This document shows positions 9,429-19,048 of a stretch of 34,705 bases of DNA, in pieces. The DNA is from a virus (taxonomy: Duplodnaviria > Caudoviricetes), in the IMG/VR virus record IMGVR_UViG_3300042972_000004, positions 1-34,705 of that record; one strand, 5' to 3'. The translations under genes and the position numbers were made by a program. Every line of letters starts with the position of its first letter. Position 1 is the stretch's first letter. The notes beneath the pieces were generated by a model. It did not search any database. It had not been told where the DNA came from and was given only the letters and a program-made list of their open reading frames with translations.

Positions 9429-9566
9429 ATGCAGCATGCAAGCGCACGACCCACCCCGCTCATGGTCACCGTTGAGCAGATGCTTGCGTCCAAGGCGAAA
9501 AACACGCCGCGCAGGTCTCCTGAGCGGTGTGTGCTGAGGGCGCTCAGGAGGATGAGACATGAGTAG
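9429..9566 (+). CDS. Small basic hypothetical protein (45 aa)
   Basis: SD GGGAGG before ATG 9429; overlaps the HNH gene start. Confidence 0.45.
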   Translation: MQHASARPTPLMVTVEQMLASKAKNTPRRSPERCVLRALRRMRHE

Positions 9567-9876
9567 TAGGCGTACGAGCACACGCCGATTCAAGGCGGAT
9601 GCCAAGGCGTTTTTCGAAGAGGGCAGAGCGCTCGATGCCAAAGGAGACCCGGCGGCAGACTGCTGGATCTGTCATGGTCGCATCGACTACTCGGTACCGC
9701 CGGGAACTACCGACGACAGCCACGAGCTCGACCACTACTACCCGGTCTCACGTTTCCCCGAGCTGCAGGACGATCCGGCGGGCTGGCGACATGCACACCG
9801 CAAGTGCAACCGCGAGCGTGGAGACGGCACGAGACATAACGCATCACTCGGAGACATGGCCCCCGATTGGTGGTAG
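9559..9876 (+). CDS. HNH endonuclease (packaging-associated, HK97 gp74-like)
   Basis: CWICH, ELDHYYP and HRKCN motifs; directly upstream of the terminase genes. Confidence 0.88.
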   Translation: MSSRRTSTRRFKADAKAFFEEGRALDAKGDPAADCWICHGRIDYSVPPGTTDDSHELDHYYPVSRFPELQDDPAGWRHAHRKCNRERGDGTRHNASLGDMAPDWW

Positions 9877-9879
9877 CTA

Positions 9880-10020
9880 CCTATCCTCCACGCAGGCTTG
9901 GGGGTAGGGGCGTTCATATTTCAAAATTGATTACGGGCGGCCTACCTCCCGCACGGCCTTTGGTCCGCTCCCCCCGTAAATTCCCCTAGGCGGGGTCGCG
10001 CGGGAGACGTTTCTGAACAC
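9880..10020. other. Probable cos packaging region
   Basis: Non-coding gap between HNH and terS with G-runs (GGGGGTAGGGG), an AT-rich patch and C-runs (CCCCCCG). This is the usual cos position in HNH-terS-terL phages; the exact cut site is not determined. Confidence 0.45.
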
Positions 10021-10032
10021 GAAGGAGGGAAG

Positions 10033-10338
10033 ATGGCGGAATTTGAAACTAAGACGTGTCGTGAAGCCTTAGAGGAGTCGATCAAAACCGCGCGCCTTCC
10101 CAAGAGGCTGTCTGCGACAGTTGCCGCAGCTCGTGTTCTCGCCGACAGGATCGACGAGATAGCTCCGATGGGGTTCGTAGATAAATCAGGGAAGCTTGAT
10201 AACGTGTCTGTCCCGACATACCTGCGCTATCTCTCGGCGCTTGGCCTTACCGCCGAGCCTAAGCCCAAGAAGCCAGGGCCCAAGCCGAAGGGGGCTGACC
10301 AGCTAGCCGGCTTCATGTCAGACCATGGCATCGGGTGA
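10033..10338 (+). CDS. terS: Terminase small subunit
   Basis: 101 aa upstream of terL; LADRID and YLSALGLT motifs as in actinophage TerS; SD AAGGAGG. Confidence 0.8.
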   Translation: MAEFETKTCREALEESIKTARLPKRLSATVAAARVLADRIDEIAPMGFVDKSGKLDNVSVPTYLRYLSALGLTAEPKPKKPGPKPKGADQLAGFMSDHGIG

Positions 10339-11866
10339 GGCCGCGCACGGCTCGGCCGAGCCTCGCATTTTCTCAAGGCCGCTCAGAAAGCTCACACCCG
10401 AGACCTCACTTGGCTACGAGGTCATAGATTTTTCATCTGATGTTCTAAACTTGTCGCTGTTCCCCTGGCAAAAATGGCTCTTAATCCATGCGCTTGAGCT
10501 GCGTGCAGACGGAAGCTATAGATTCCGGCGAATTGTAGTGATGGTAGCCAGGCAGAACGGTAAGACCACTCTCATGGGAGTTCTCGCCGCCTGGTGGCTT
10601 GCAATTGATTCCAGGCGGCATCCCGACAAGGTGCCTGAATTTAAATTTAAAATTGTTGGAATCGCTCAGAATCTAGATATTGCCCGCGAGCCATGGGAAC
10701 AGGTCAAGTTGTGGTGCAACCCCAACCCGGCTAATGATGCAGACGCTGCCCTCGCCATACCGGCGCTCAGAGATCATGCGCTAAAAGTCGTTGATGCCCA
10801 TGGACAAGAGGCAATCTATGAGGACAACCGGGCTCATTACGAGATCAGAGCGGATGCACGAGGCAAGCCGGCCACCCGGGTGATCCTGGACGAGATTCGC
10901 GAGCAGCATGACTGGAAGGTGTGGAATGCCGTATCACAGACGACCAAGAGCTTCTGGTCGGGGCAGATGTGGGCGATATCAAACGCCGGAGATGCTCGTT
11001 CCGTTGTGCTCAAAAAGGAGCGCGAGATCGGCATCGAGCAAGTAAAGCTTCAGTCGGGGGGAAAGCACTTCGACACGTCCCTTGGCCTTTTCGAGTGGAG
11101 CGCACCAGATGGGTGCGCCCTTGATGATGTAGGGGCGATCCTCCGGGCCAACCCCTCCATCGGATATGGCGGGATAACCGTCGCCGACTGCATATCAGAC
11201 TCGAAGACGATGCAGGAGGCGGGGTATCGCACCGAGGTCTTATGCCAGTGGGTGACCGCTAAGGTAGACAGCTACATCAACCCGGCAGACTGGCGCGCCT
11301 GCGAGGTGTCGCCTTTTGCCGTGGAGATATCGCACGGGCAGCGCACGGTATGGGGTGTCGACGTCTCGCATGATCGCTCGGTGAGCAGTGTTGCCGCGGC
11401 GACCACGGATGCCTCAGGCCACACCTTCGTCGAGGTCCGCGAGCTCAGGCCGGGGATGCTATGGGTGCCTGACTTCCTCTCGGAGCTTGCCGAGGAAAGC
11501 GGGAGCCGTGAGGTGGCGTTGCAGTCAAAAGGCTGTGCGTCGATGGAGTTCATAGACCCTCTGACTGAGCGCGGCTTGGATGTAATAGGGGTTGACGGCA
11601 GCCATATCGGCATCGCGACGGGACGCTTCCGCGACCGTGTGAGAGACCGCTCGCTCATACACGTTGCCCAGCCGGCAGTAGATGAGGCTGTGTCTGCCGG
11701 CGTCGTGAAGACCGTCGCCGAAAACGTCGCCTGGGACCGTCGACGCTCCATCGCCGACATATCTGGACTTGTCGCCGAGACCGTGGCGCTCTACGGCCTC
11801 GAGACGCATGTTGATGAGACCCCATCGTCTGCCTACGACGACGGGCACGGGCTTCTCATGGCCTAG
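10325..11866 (+). CDS. terL: Terminase large subunit
   Basis: LFPWQ, Walker A VARQNGKT, Walker B VILDE, ISNAG, ANPS and nuclease-domain GVDVS. Confidence 0.95.
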   Translation: MASGEAAHGSAEPRIFSRPLRKLTPETSLGYEVIDFSSDVLNLSLFPWQKWLLIHALELRADGSYRFRRIVVMVARQNGKTTLMGVLAAWWLAIDSRRHPDKVPEFKFKIVGIAQNLDIAREPWEQVKLWCNPNPANDADAALAIPALRDHALKVVDAHGQEAIYEDNRAHYEIRADARGKPATRVILDEIREQHDWKVWNAVSQTTKSFWSGQMWAISNAGDARSVVLKKEREIGIEQVKLQSGGKHFDTSLGLFEWSAPDGCALDDVGAILRANPSIGYGGITVADCISDSKTMQEAGYRTEVLCQWVTAKVDSYINPADWRACEVSPFAVEISHGQRTVWGVDVSHDRSVSSVAAATTDASGHTFVEVRELRPGMLWVPDFLSELAEESGSREVALQSKGCASMEFIDPLTERGLDVIGVDGSHIGIATGRFRDRVRDRSLIHVAQPAVDEAVSAGVVKTVAENVAWDRRRSIADISGLVAETVALYGLETHVDETPSSAYDDGHGLLMA

Positions 11867-11874
11867 GAGGTCAT

Positions 11875-12066
11875 ATGAAACTTTGGATCAGGCCGGGGCG
11901 GGATGTCACAGTCTCGCTTACAGACGGCTCGGCAATAAACGGCAAGACGAGATTCGCGCTTCCCGGAAAGCTCAAGCTCTCCGGTGTTGTTGTCGGCCCT
12001 GCCGAGGTGGCGGGCGTCGTTATCATCCCTCACGACAAGGTGCTGACGGTGCAGGTGATGCCATGA
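11875..12066 (+). CDS. Small hypothetical protein (63 aa, predicted beta-rich)
   Basis: SD AGGAGG; fills the gap between terL and portal with an ATGA overlap. Confidence 0.7.
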   Translation: MKLWIRPGRDVTVSLTDGSAINGKTRFALPGKLKLSGVVVGPAEVAGVVIIPHDKVLTVQVMP

Positions 12067-13331
12067 TCACGCTCAAGACGGACTCGGGGGCCGTGACCAT
12101 CGGTGACTCGTCAATTCCCGGCGTCAACACCCGCACGACATGGGGCATCGAGGTCAAGGACCCGCCGATACCTATATCAGCGCTCACAAGGACGGGCCCG
12201 GTAGATCCCCAGGCGATCTGGAAGACGCAGCCGAGCGTTCGCAAGGTCGTCGAGTTCGCGGCCAGAAACGTCGCATCCGTGCCATGGAAGGCCTACCTGA
12301 GGGTAAGCGATGATGACAGGCAGCGAGCCTCAGGCTCTCCTGCCGAGAAAGCCCTCAGGCATCCCCGTCCGCGCCTCACGCACTATCAGCTGATGTACCG
12401 GCTCACGGTGGACGCGATGCTCTATGACCGATGGTGCGTTGCGCTGCTCCCTGACGGGACACTACAGCGCATACCTCCGCGGGAGCTCGTGGTTGACAGC
12501 GACGGACTCGACAACGTTAGCCGCATAGGTGTGAGCCTTGCCGGCGGCGTCGTCGATATAACAGGCCTTCCCCTCGCACTCGGTGCGGGGTGGTCTGCAT
12601 GGGACGGAGATGGCATATCACCTCTTGTGACCCTCGCATCGATCCTGCGCGAGCAGATGCACGCCGTCGAATGGAGAAATGCCCAGTGGGAACGAGCTCC
12701 GAAGATAACCGGGGTGCTAAAAAGGCCAGCTGACAGCACAGCTGGAAAATGGGACCCGAAGGACCGCGAGAGGTTCATGCGCGTCTGGCGGGAGTTTAGG
12801 GAAGGCCGGGCGGCAGGGACGCCGATCCTCGAGGATGGCATGGACTACGAGCAGATAGGCTCAACCGTCTCTCCGGCCGATGCCAAGGACATAGAGGGCA
12901 GGCAGCTCACCGACGTCGAGGTTTGCTCTTCCTTCCACATCCCGCCCGAGCTTGTGGGTGCGCGCCAGGGAACCTTCTCGAACATCGATGCCTTCCGCTC
13001 GATGCTCTTCGGGCCGACGCTAGGACCCCAGCTCACACAGTTCGAGGAGGCGTTCAACTCCGAGATCGTGCCTTCCTTAGACAGCACGGACGGCATCTAT
13101 GCCGAGCTCGACCGCGAGGCGGCCATGAACGGCAGCTTCGCCGAGCAGGCGACCTATCTCCAGACGGCGGTGGGCGGGCCGTTCATGAGCCGCGCCGAGG
13201 CCAGGGGCCGTGTCAACCTGCCCCATGTCGACGGCACCGACGAGCTCATAGTCCCGCTTAACGTCATCGTAGGCGGACAGGCATCTCCCACCGACTCGGG
13301 AAGCCAAAACAGGAAGGACACATGGATATGA
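12063..13331 (+). CDS. Portal protein (HK97 family)
   Basis: GISPL, ILEDGMDY, FHIPPELVG, TFSNI and EARGRVNLP motifs; start at ATG 12063 (MITLKTD). Confidence 0.93.
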   Translation: MITLKTDSGAVTIGDSSIPGVNTRTTWGIEVKDPPIPISALTRTGPVDPQAIWKTQPSVRKVVEFAARNVASVPWKAYLRVSDDDRQRASGSPAEKALRHPRPRLTHYQLMYRLTVDAMLYDRWCVALLPDGTLQRIPPRELVVDSDGLDNVSRIGVSLAGGVVDITGLPLALGAGWSAWDGDGISPLVTLASILREQMHAVEWRNAQWERAPKITGVLKRPADSTAGKWDPKDRERFMRVWREFREGRAAGTPILEDGMDYEQIGSTVSPADAKDIEGRQLTDVEVCSSFHIPPELVGARQGTFSNIDAFRSMLFGPTLGPQLTQFEEAFNSEIVPSLDSTDGIYAELDREAAMNGSFAEQATYLQTAVGGPFMSRAEARGRVNLPHVDGTDELIVPLNVIVGGQASPTDSGSQNRKDTWI

Positions 13332-14449
13332 TTCATGTGGTACAGGGGCCGCCGTGTGCGGGGAAATCGACGTATATAGAAAAACATGCACGAGATGGCG
13401 ATATTCAAGTTGATTTTGACGCGCTAGCGAAAGCTTTTGGCAATAAAAAATCATACGTATACCCAAAAGCGATCAAGGATGTGACGTTTTCAGCACGAGC
13501 GTGCGCAATCAAAAGGTGCATCCGCCAAAATCACGAGGCATACATAATCGATTCGTCACCTTCAAAAGACCAGCTCAGCGAGTATGAGTCTGCTGGCGCA
13601 GAAATGATTGTTTTAGACCCGGGTATTGATACCTGCCTCGAAAGGTGCCGCAGCGAAAAAAGACCCGCTGGCACAGAAGACGTTATCCGGACGTGGTTTG
13701 CGTCTCACGAATCAAAGAGAAGAGGTCACATGAAGCAGGTCAGGAAGACCTTCAAGGCTGACATGGACGTCGGCGGCGAGGGAAAGTTCACAGCTCTCGT
13801 ATCGACCTTCGGCACGCTCGACTCCCAGATGGAAGAGATAGAGCCGGGCGCCTTCACCGAGGGCCTCAAGGCCTTCAGCGACAAACAGCCCCTGCCGATA
13901 CTCTGGGACCACCAATGGGATGACATATGGTCGCACATCGGCACTGCCACAGCAGAGCAAACCGAAGACGGCCTCATCGTCGAGGCGCAACTTGATATGG
14001 ACAACCCCACAGCCAAGCAGGCCTACCGGCTTCTGTCCCAGGGCCGCGTCCATGAGTTCTCGATCGGGGGCTTCGAGCCGCCGGAATCGGCCACGACAGA
14101 TGAAGATGGCATACGCCATGTGGAGCGCTTCGATCTGGCCGAGGTGTCCCTCACGCTCAAAGGGGCGAACCCAGACACGCAGCTCATCGACATAAAGTCC
14201 CGTGAGGCAGACGCCACAAAGGCCGGCCGTGTGCTCGCAGGGCATCACGTCAAGACCTTAAAGGACGTGAGCTCGGAGATGGCAGGCGTTAAGAAAACTC
14301 TCGACGATCTCATCGAAGAGGTCGATGACCAGCAAGACCCGTCAGATGGCGGGAGCAAAGAAAAGCCGGACGAATCCGGCAAGTCGATGTCGGCGCGAAT
14401 CGCGGCGGCACGTATCGCTCTGGCCGCATCGGCCGGGAAGGAGCACTAA
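13322..14449 (+). CDS. HK97-type prohead protease with an in-frame N-terminal P-loop NTPase/kinase-like domain
   Basis: Residues 1-136 carry GPPCAGKST. From M137 (ATG 13730) come the protease motifs IEPGAF, PILWDH, FSIGG, EVSL and GANP. Confidence 0.88.
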   Translation: MDMIHVVQGPPCAGKSTYIEKHARDGDIQVDFDALAKAFGNKKSYVYPKAIKDVTFSARACAIKRCIRQNHEAYIIDSSPSKDQLSEYESAGAEMIVLDPGIDTCLERCRSEKRPAGTEDVIRTWFASHESKRRGHMKQVRKTFKADMDVGGEGKFTALVSTFGTLDSQMEEIEPGAFTEGLKAFSDKQPLPILWDHQWDDIWSHIGTATAEQTEDGLIVEAQLDMDNPTAKQAYRLLSQGRVHEFSIGGFEPPESATTDEDGIRHVERFDLAEVSLTLKGANPDTQLIDIKSREADATKAGRVLAGHHVKTLKDVSSEMAGVKKTLDDLIEEVDDQQDPSDGGSKEKPDESGKSMSARIAAARIALAASAGKEH

Positions 14450-15672
14450 TGAACAAGAAAGACCTGCTTTTCAAGAAGCTCGACCGCGCAGGAGAGCTTG
14501 CCGCCAAAGGCGAGGATCTCAGCGAGGAGGAGATCACCGAGGCCAACAAGCTGGCCGACGAGATAGCCTCTCTCAAGTCTGAGATCGCAGCCGCCGAGCA
14601 GACAGCCAAGAAGCTCTCCGGCCTTGCCAAAAAGGAGGAGCGCACAACCGTAGGCGACGGCGAGGCAAAAGGCACCCTCGGACAGCGTTTCGTCAAAAGC
14701 TCCGCCTATAAGGCCTTCCGGGAGGCCAACCCCCGCGGCGTCTCCAAGGGCACCCCGATAAACATCAGCGCAAAGTCAATCGGCGTGATAAGGACCAAGG
14801 CCGACCCTGCCCCTCTTAACACCTCAGCAAACGGAGACATCCTGCCGGTGCGCCTTCCCGGCATCGACGACCTCACCTATCGCCGCCCGACCACCTTGCT
14901 CGACCTCGTCACGCGTGGGACAGCAACGAGCGCGTCCTTGCAATATCGACAGCTGATCGCCATCACGGACAACGCCGGCATCGTCAGCGAGGCAAAGACA
15001 ACTTCCGGCACCGACAAGGCAGGAGGCCTCAAGCCTCTCTCCACGCTTAGCACGCAGACCAAAAATGCCGTTGCGTTTACCTACGCGGACGGCATCGAGA
15101 TCACAAACCAGGAGCTCGCCGATGACGGCGCGCTGGTGTCGCTCATCGACGGCATCCTGCGGCAGAACGTCGATCTTGAGACCGAGCGCGTTATCCTTGA
15201 GGGTGCAGGCACCGATGATGAGCCCGCAGGCATCCTGAACACGACCGGCGTCCTGGCACAGGCGTTCTCGACTGATGCTATCACCACGATCCGCAAGGCC
15301 AAGACCCTGCTCGCGACCACCTCCAACACGATTGCGCAGGCGGTTGTGCTCAACCCAGAAGATGACGAGGCGTTCGATCTCGCGCAGGACTCCAACAAGC
15401 GCTACTACGGAAACGGCCCCTTCGGAAGCGGGCCGTCCACCATCTGGGCAATCCCTCGCGTGACATCCCAGATCGTGCCTGTGGGCAAGGCGATCATGGG
15501 GGACTTCAGCCAGATACAGCTGCTCACGCTCGAGCCTATGAGCGTGCTCGCCTTCAACCAGCACAAGGACTACGCACAGCGCAACCTCACCTATCTGCGC
15601 GCTGAGTTCCGCGCCCTGCAGCTCATCCGCCAGCCCGCGAAGCTCGCCGTCGTGTCTCTGGCCTCCAGTTAG
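14449..15672 (+). CDS. Major capsid protein (HK97 fold, N-terminal coiled-coil delta domain)
   Basis: 407 aa after the protease; ITNQELADD, ILEGAGT..EPAGILN and IMGDFSQ motifs. Confidence 0.95.
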   Translation: MNKKDLLFKKLDRAGELAAKGEDLSEEEITEANKLADEIASLKSEIAAAEQTAKKLSGLAKKEERTTVGDGEAKGTLGQRFVKSSAYKAFREANPRGVSKGTPINISAKSIGVIRTKADPAPLNTSANGDILPVRLPGIDDLTYRRPTTLLDLVTRGTATSASLQYRQLIAITDNAGIVSEAKTTSGTDKAGGLKPLSTLSTQTKNAVAFTYADGIEITNQELADDGALVSLIDGILRQNVDLETERVILEGAGTDDEPAGILNTTGVLAQAFSTDAITTIRKAKTLLATTSNTIAQAVVLNPEDDEAFDLAQDSNKRYYGNGPFGSGPSTIWAIPRVTSQIVPVGKAIMGDFSQIQLLTLEPMSVLAFNQHKDYAQRNLTYLRAEFRALQLIRQPAKLAVVSLASS

Positions 15673-15680
15673 GAGTGGCC

Positions 15681-15836
15681 GTGGACATTCCAGAGATGAT
15701 CGTGGTTAAAAACGTCCGTTACCGCAAGCCCGACGCCGAAAGGCTCGGGCTTGTTGCCTCTGTCGAGAAGGCAGGCTCAACGAAGCCAGCCGCAGGCGCT
15801 TCCGCGAAGCCGAAGAAAGCCACATCCACGAAATAG
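15681..15836 (+). CDS. Small Lys/Ala-rich hypothetical protein (51 aa, below the ORF-track cutoff)
   Basis: SD AGGAG then GTG; reads MDIPEMIVVKNVRYRKPDAERLGLVASVEKAGSTKPAAGASAKPKKATSTK*; fills the gap after the capsid gene. Confidence 0.6.
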   Translation: MDIPEMIVVKNVRYRKPDAERLGLVASVEKAGSTKPAAGASAKPKKATSTK

Positions 15837-15851
15837 GAGAGGGGAGGGCAC

Positions 15852-16376
15852 GTGGCGAAATATGATGACATAATCGGGGCCGCAGACACGATCGACCAAA
15901 CATGGTGGATGAGGGCCGCGCAGGCGGCAGTGAGGCACTACTGCGGCTGGCACATCTCTCCGTCTGTCACCGAGATGATAACCGTCGACGGCTATGGCGG
16001 GCGCACGCTTGCCCTCCCGTCCAAGCATGTCACGGCCATAGCCTCTATTACCATTTCCGGCACCGACGTCATAGCCGACGCCGTCTGGTCTGAGGCCGGC
16101 ACGGTAGTCCTCACGTCTGGCCTGTGGCCTGATCTGCCAGGGTCTGTCCAGGTGTCACTCACGCACGGCTGGGATACCGATGATGTACCGGACGTTGCGG
16201 CGATAATCCTCTCAGTTGCCAAGCGCGCACGCACCAATCCCGGCGCGATCTCATCCCAGAGCGTCAACGGCGCCTCAGTCAACTTCGCAACCTCAAGCGG
16301 CGTGCCTTTAGGGGTGCCGCTCATGCAGGCCGAGATGGACGCCCTTGCCCCGTACCGTCTGGGGGCAAGGCCATGA
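15852..16376 (+). CDS. Head-to-tail adaptor/connector
   Basis: AVRHYCGWH, THGW..DVPD and LAPYRL motifs; position after the capsid gene. Confidence 0.8.
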   Translation: MAKYDDIIGAADTIDQTWWMRAAQAAVRHYCGWHISPSVTEMITVDGYGGRTLALPSKHVTAIASITISGTDVIADAVWSEAGTVVLTSGLWPDLPGSVQVSLTHGWDTDDVPDVAAIILSVAKRARTNPGAISSQSVNGASVNFATSSGVPLGVPLMQAEMDALAPYRLGARP

Positions 16377-16756
16377 GCACCGCAGCGGACTTCATCGGAT
16401 CGTCAGATCTCCAGATGGGCTCGCTCACGACCCTCACAAGAAAGCGCGCGACAAAAAAGGAAGACCCGTACAACCCCGATAGCACAACCGATGACTGGAG
16501 CAGCCCCGACGTCCTTTCCTTCAGCGGATACGTCTCCTCGCAGACATCCACTGAGCAGACCGACGCAGTGCGCGCCCAGCTCATCACGACCGTGCAGATC
16601 ATCGTGCCAGACCCGGTGGCAGACATCAAAAGGGGCGACCGGATAAGCGACGGGACGCACAGCTGGTCTGTCACCGGAATCCCGGCAAGCGACATCAACC
16701 CGTTTTCAGGATGGCAGCCGACGCTTGTCGTAGATGTCGAGGAGGTGGATGGATAG
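16373..16756 (+). CDS. Head-to-tail stopper/closure protein
   Basis: DPYNP..DW, DIKRGDRI and W.V.G.P...NPFSGW motifs; synteny. Confidence 0.75.
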   Translation: MSTAADFIGSSDLQMGSLTTLTRKRATKKEDPYNPDSTTDDWSSPDVLSFSGYVSSQTSTEQTDAVRAQLITTVQIIVPDPVADIKRGDRISDGTHSWSVTGIPASDINPFSGWQPTLVVDVEEVDG

Positions 16757-17043
16757 TGGCCAAGAAGGTGACCGTCGACTTTAATCAGACCTATTTTGAC
16801 AACATCTTGCGCTCTGCAGGTATTGAGGCGCTCTGTAGATCCAAGGCCGAAGACGCTCTTGCCATAGCCAGATCGACGGCCCCGGTAGACACCGGGGCAT
16901 ACCGTGACGGACTTGAGATCGAGAAGGTGTCCCATAGGTACCGCGACACCTACGAGGTGGTGGGCCATGACAAGAAGACGCTGATCATTGAATCAAAGAC
17001 CGGAAACCTAGCCCGCGCGCTCAAGGCGGTGAAAAAGACATGA
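16756..17043 (+). CDS. HK97 gp10-like neck protein
   Basis: APVDTGAYRDG and IESKTGNLARAL motifs; GTG start overlaps the previous stop, SD GGAGG. Confidence 0.8.
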   Translation: MAKKVTVDFNQTYFDNILRSAGIEALCRSKAEDALAIARSTAPVDTGAYRDGLEIEKVSHRYRDTYEVVGHDKKTLIIESKTGNLARALKAVKKT

Positions 17044-17462
17044 TCACACCGCCTGACATGGAGCTCTGGGCGACCCGGTACCTACGGGGCTGCCTCACAT
17101 CGCTTGGCTACGACATCGAGGTCTCGAACAAGGAGCCGGAAAGTCTCTCTGCGGCGGATATGACGCGGCCTCTGGTCGTCATCCGTGATGACTCGGGGCC
17201 CCAGGAGAGCGCCGTCACCTACGACCGATCCCTCGGCATATCGGTGCTCTGGGGCAGCCGCCAAGACGACAAGGAGACAGGAGATGTCGCCCGCCTCATC
17301 ATGGCCCTCATGGCAGACGACGGGATAGCGGAGGCGCAAGGCTCTCCTGTCGCATCAGTCGAGCATGACGGGTGCAACGGCCCCTACAGCGTCTCCGAGC
17401 AGCAGGACCTGCACCGCAAGTACATGACGGTCGAGTACACGATCGTCGGGATAATCAGCTAA
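17040..17462 (+). CDS. Tail terminator/completion protein
   Basis: 140 aa just before the major tail gene; LVVIRDDSGP motif. Confidence 0.7.
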   Translation: MITPPDMELWATRYLRGCLTSLGYDIEVSNKEPESLSAADMTRPLVVIRDDSGPQESAVTYDRSLGISVLWGSRQDDKETGDVARLIMALMADDGIAEAQGSPVASVEHDGCNGPYSVSEQQDLHRKYMTVEYTIVGIIS

Positions 17463-17471
17463 GGAGAACAT

Positions 17472-18302
17472 ATGTCAGCAGACACTAACGGCAACGACCT
17501 CTCGCTTGTGGCGGTGCCCATTACTGGTTTCATCGCCGTGCAGATGTCCGGGACGCCAGCCTATGTCGAGTCGGCAGCAGGGGGACTCACGCCTCTTGTC
17601 CTGCCTACAGGATATAAGAAGGTGGGGCTCCTCACAGATGACGGCGCCCCTCAGGACGACTCTGACTCAGACGACGACATCGAGCTCTGGCAGAAGGGCT
17701 ATAAGCTCCGCGGCAACGTCACGAGCCGCACGCTGGAGATCACCACAGCCGAGCTCAACGACACGGTCCGCGAGCTCACTAACGGGGTTGCGCCGGACGC
17801 CAACGGCATGACCGTCGTCGACCAGGGAAACGAGAACCAGTTCCCACTATTCGAGTATGTGAAATACAAGAACGGCATGAGCCTGCGCCGCAACGGCCTT
17901 GCCCAAATATCCACCGTCAAGCCCGCCCAGCAGACCCGAGGTGACGTCGCGGGCTATGACATCACCTTCGAATGGATCAGCGACGAGACCGTCGGCGGCT
18001 TCTACCGCGAGTGGGTCGTCAACCCAACTTCCAGCGCTGTCTCCTCGCTTGCCATCGCGGCCTCTGACGGCAGCTCCGCCCCGACATCGGTCGCCGTAGG
18101 ATCAACGGTCGCCCTTAAGGCGGTCGCCACACTGGCAGATAGCACGACAACTGACGTATCTGCCACATGGGCCTCAAGTGACGCTGCGAAGGCGACTGTC
18201 GCAGATGGCACTGTGACCGGCGTCTCCGCCGGTACGGCCACGATCACGGCGTCCTATGCCGGCGTGTCCGCGTCGCTTTCCATAACAGTAACGGGGGCAT
18301 AG
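17472..18302 (+). CDS. Major tail protein with C-terminal Ig-like (Big_2) domain
   Basis: GLLTDDG and WQ tail-tube motifs; C-terminal VAVGSTVAL...TWASSDAAKATVADGTVTGVSAGTATITASY is a Big_2 pattern. Confidence 0.88.
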   Translation: MSADTNGNDLSLVAVPITGFIAVQMSGTPAYVESAAGGLTPLVLPTGYKKVGLLTDDGAPQDDSDSDDDIELWQKGYKLRGNVTSRTLEITTAELNDTVRELTNGVAPDANGMTVVDQGNENQFPLFEYVKYKNGMSLRRNGLAQISTVKPAQQTRGDVAGYDITFEWISDETVGGFYREWVVNPTSSAVSSLAIAASDGSSAPTSVAVGSTVALKAVATLADSTTTDVSATWASSDAAKATVADGTVTGVSAGTATITASYAGVSASLSITVTGA

Positions 18303-18305
18303 CCC

Positions 18306-18680
18306 ATGGTAGAAAAGAAAACAGAGACGCTTGACTTCGACGCGCTGCTTGAAAACTACGACGAGGAACAAGCGCTCAAGACTCTCTCATCCGCTCTCGA
18401 ACCGAACGTCATCGTCGTTGAAGGAGACGCGGTGGCGAAGTTTCCGGACGGCAGCATCTACCGACTGCCCCTCACCTTCTCGATCGACGACGCAGACGCA
18501 CTCAAGGAGATCGACGGTGACGACGCCGTCGAGCAGATGAGGAAGCTCTTCTCCAGGCTCTGCGGGGAGGCCGCGTCAAAGGCCCTCATGGCAGAGCCCT
18601 TCCAGTCCGTGAGCGCCTTCGCCAACCGTTACTTCGAGCTATTCCAAAAAGTGAACCAGGCGTCGCTGGGGGAATCCTAG
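18306..18680 (+). CDS. Tail assembly chaperone (G-like)
   Basis: Lies between the major tail and tape measure genes; ends in slippery G GGG GAA (18668-18674). Confidence 0.8.
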   Translation: MVEKKTETLDFDALLENYDEEQALKTLSSALEPNVIVVEGDAVAKFPDGSIYRLPLTFSIDDADALKEIDGDDAVEQMRKLFSRLCGEAASKALMAEPFQSVSAFANRYFELFQKVNQASLGES

Positions 18681-19048
18681 GCGTCGCTGCGTTAGTCACA
18701 TCGCATCGCCAGGCAGCGACGCGTACATTCCGCGAGACGTTCGGGGCCTCTGTGTCGGCAATCGGCACAGGGGCCCTTTCATGGGGCGAGGCGAGAGATC
18801 TCGTGATATCGGCTGCGGCAGACCCGTCCACCGCCCTTGGGGCCGAGCTCGCCGGGTGGTCATATCCGGCCAGCGTCCCGCAGATCGCGCAGGTGATCGT
18901 ATCTGCGGCACAGCTTGGCCGCAAAGGCTCGAAGGCCGCCGGGAAGCTCATGCCGTGGGCGCTGGGGGCTAAGCGCAGGGAGACCCCGACGCCCAAAGAG
19001 ATCGCAAAGGCACAAAAGGAAATCGATGAAGAGGTGATCTTCACATGA
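18668..19048 (+). CDS. Tail assembly chaperone extension (T-like) reached by -1 frameshift
   Basis: The -1 frame from 18668 (GGG GGA ATC CTA GGC...) is open and contiguous with ORF 18752..19048, ending at the tape measure start (ATGA). Confidence 0.78.
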   Translation, partial: GGILGVAALVTSHRQAATRTFRETFGASVSAIGTGALSWGEARDLVISAAADPSTALGAELAGWSYPASVPQIAQVIVSAAQLGRKGSKAAGKLMPWALGAKRRETPTPKEIAKAQKEIDEEVIFT

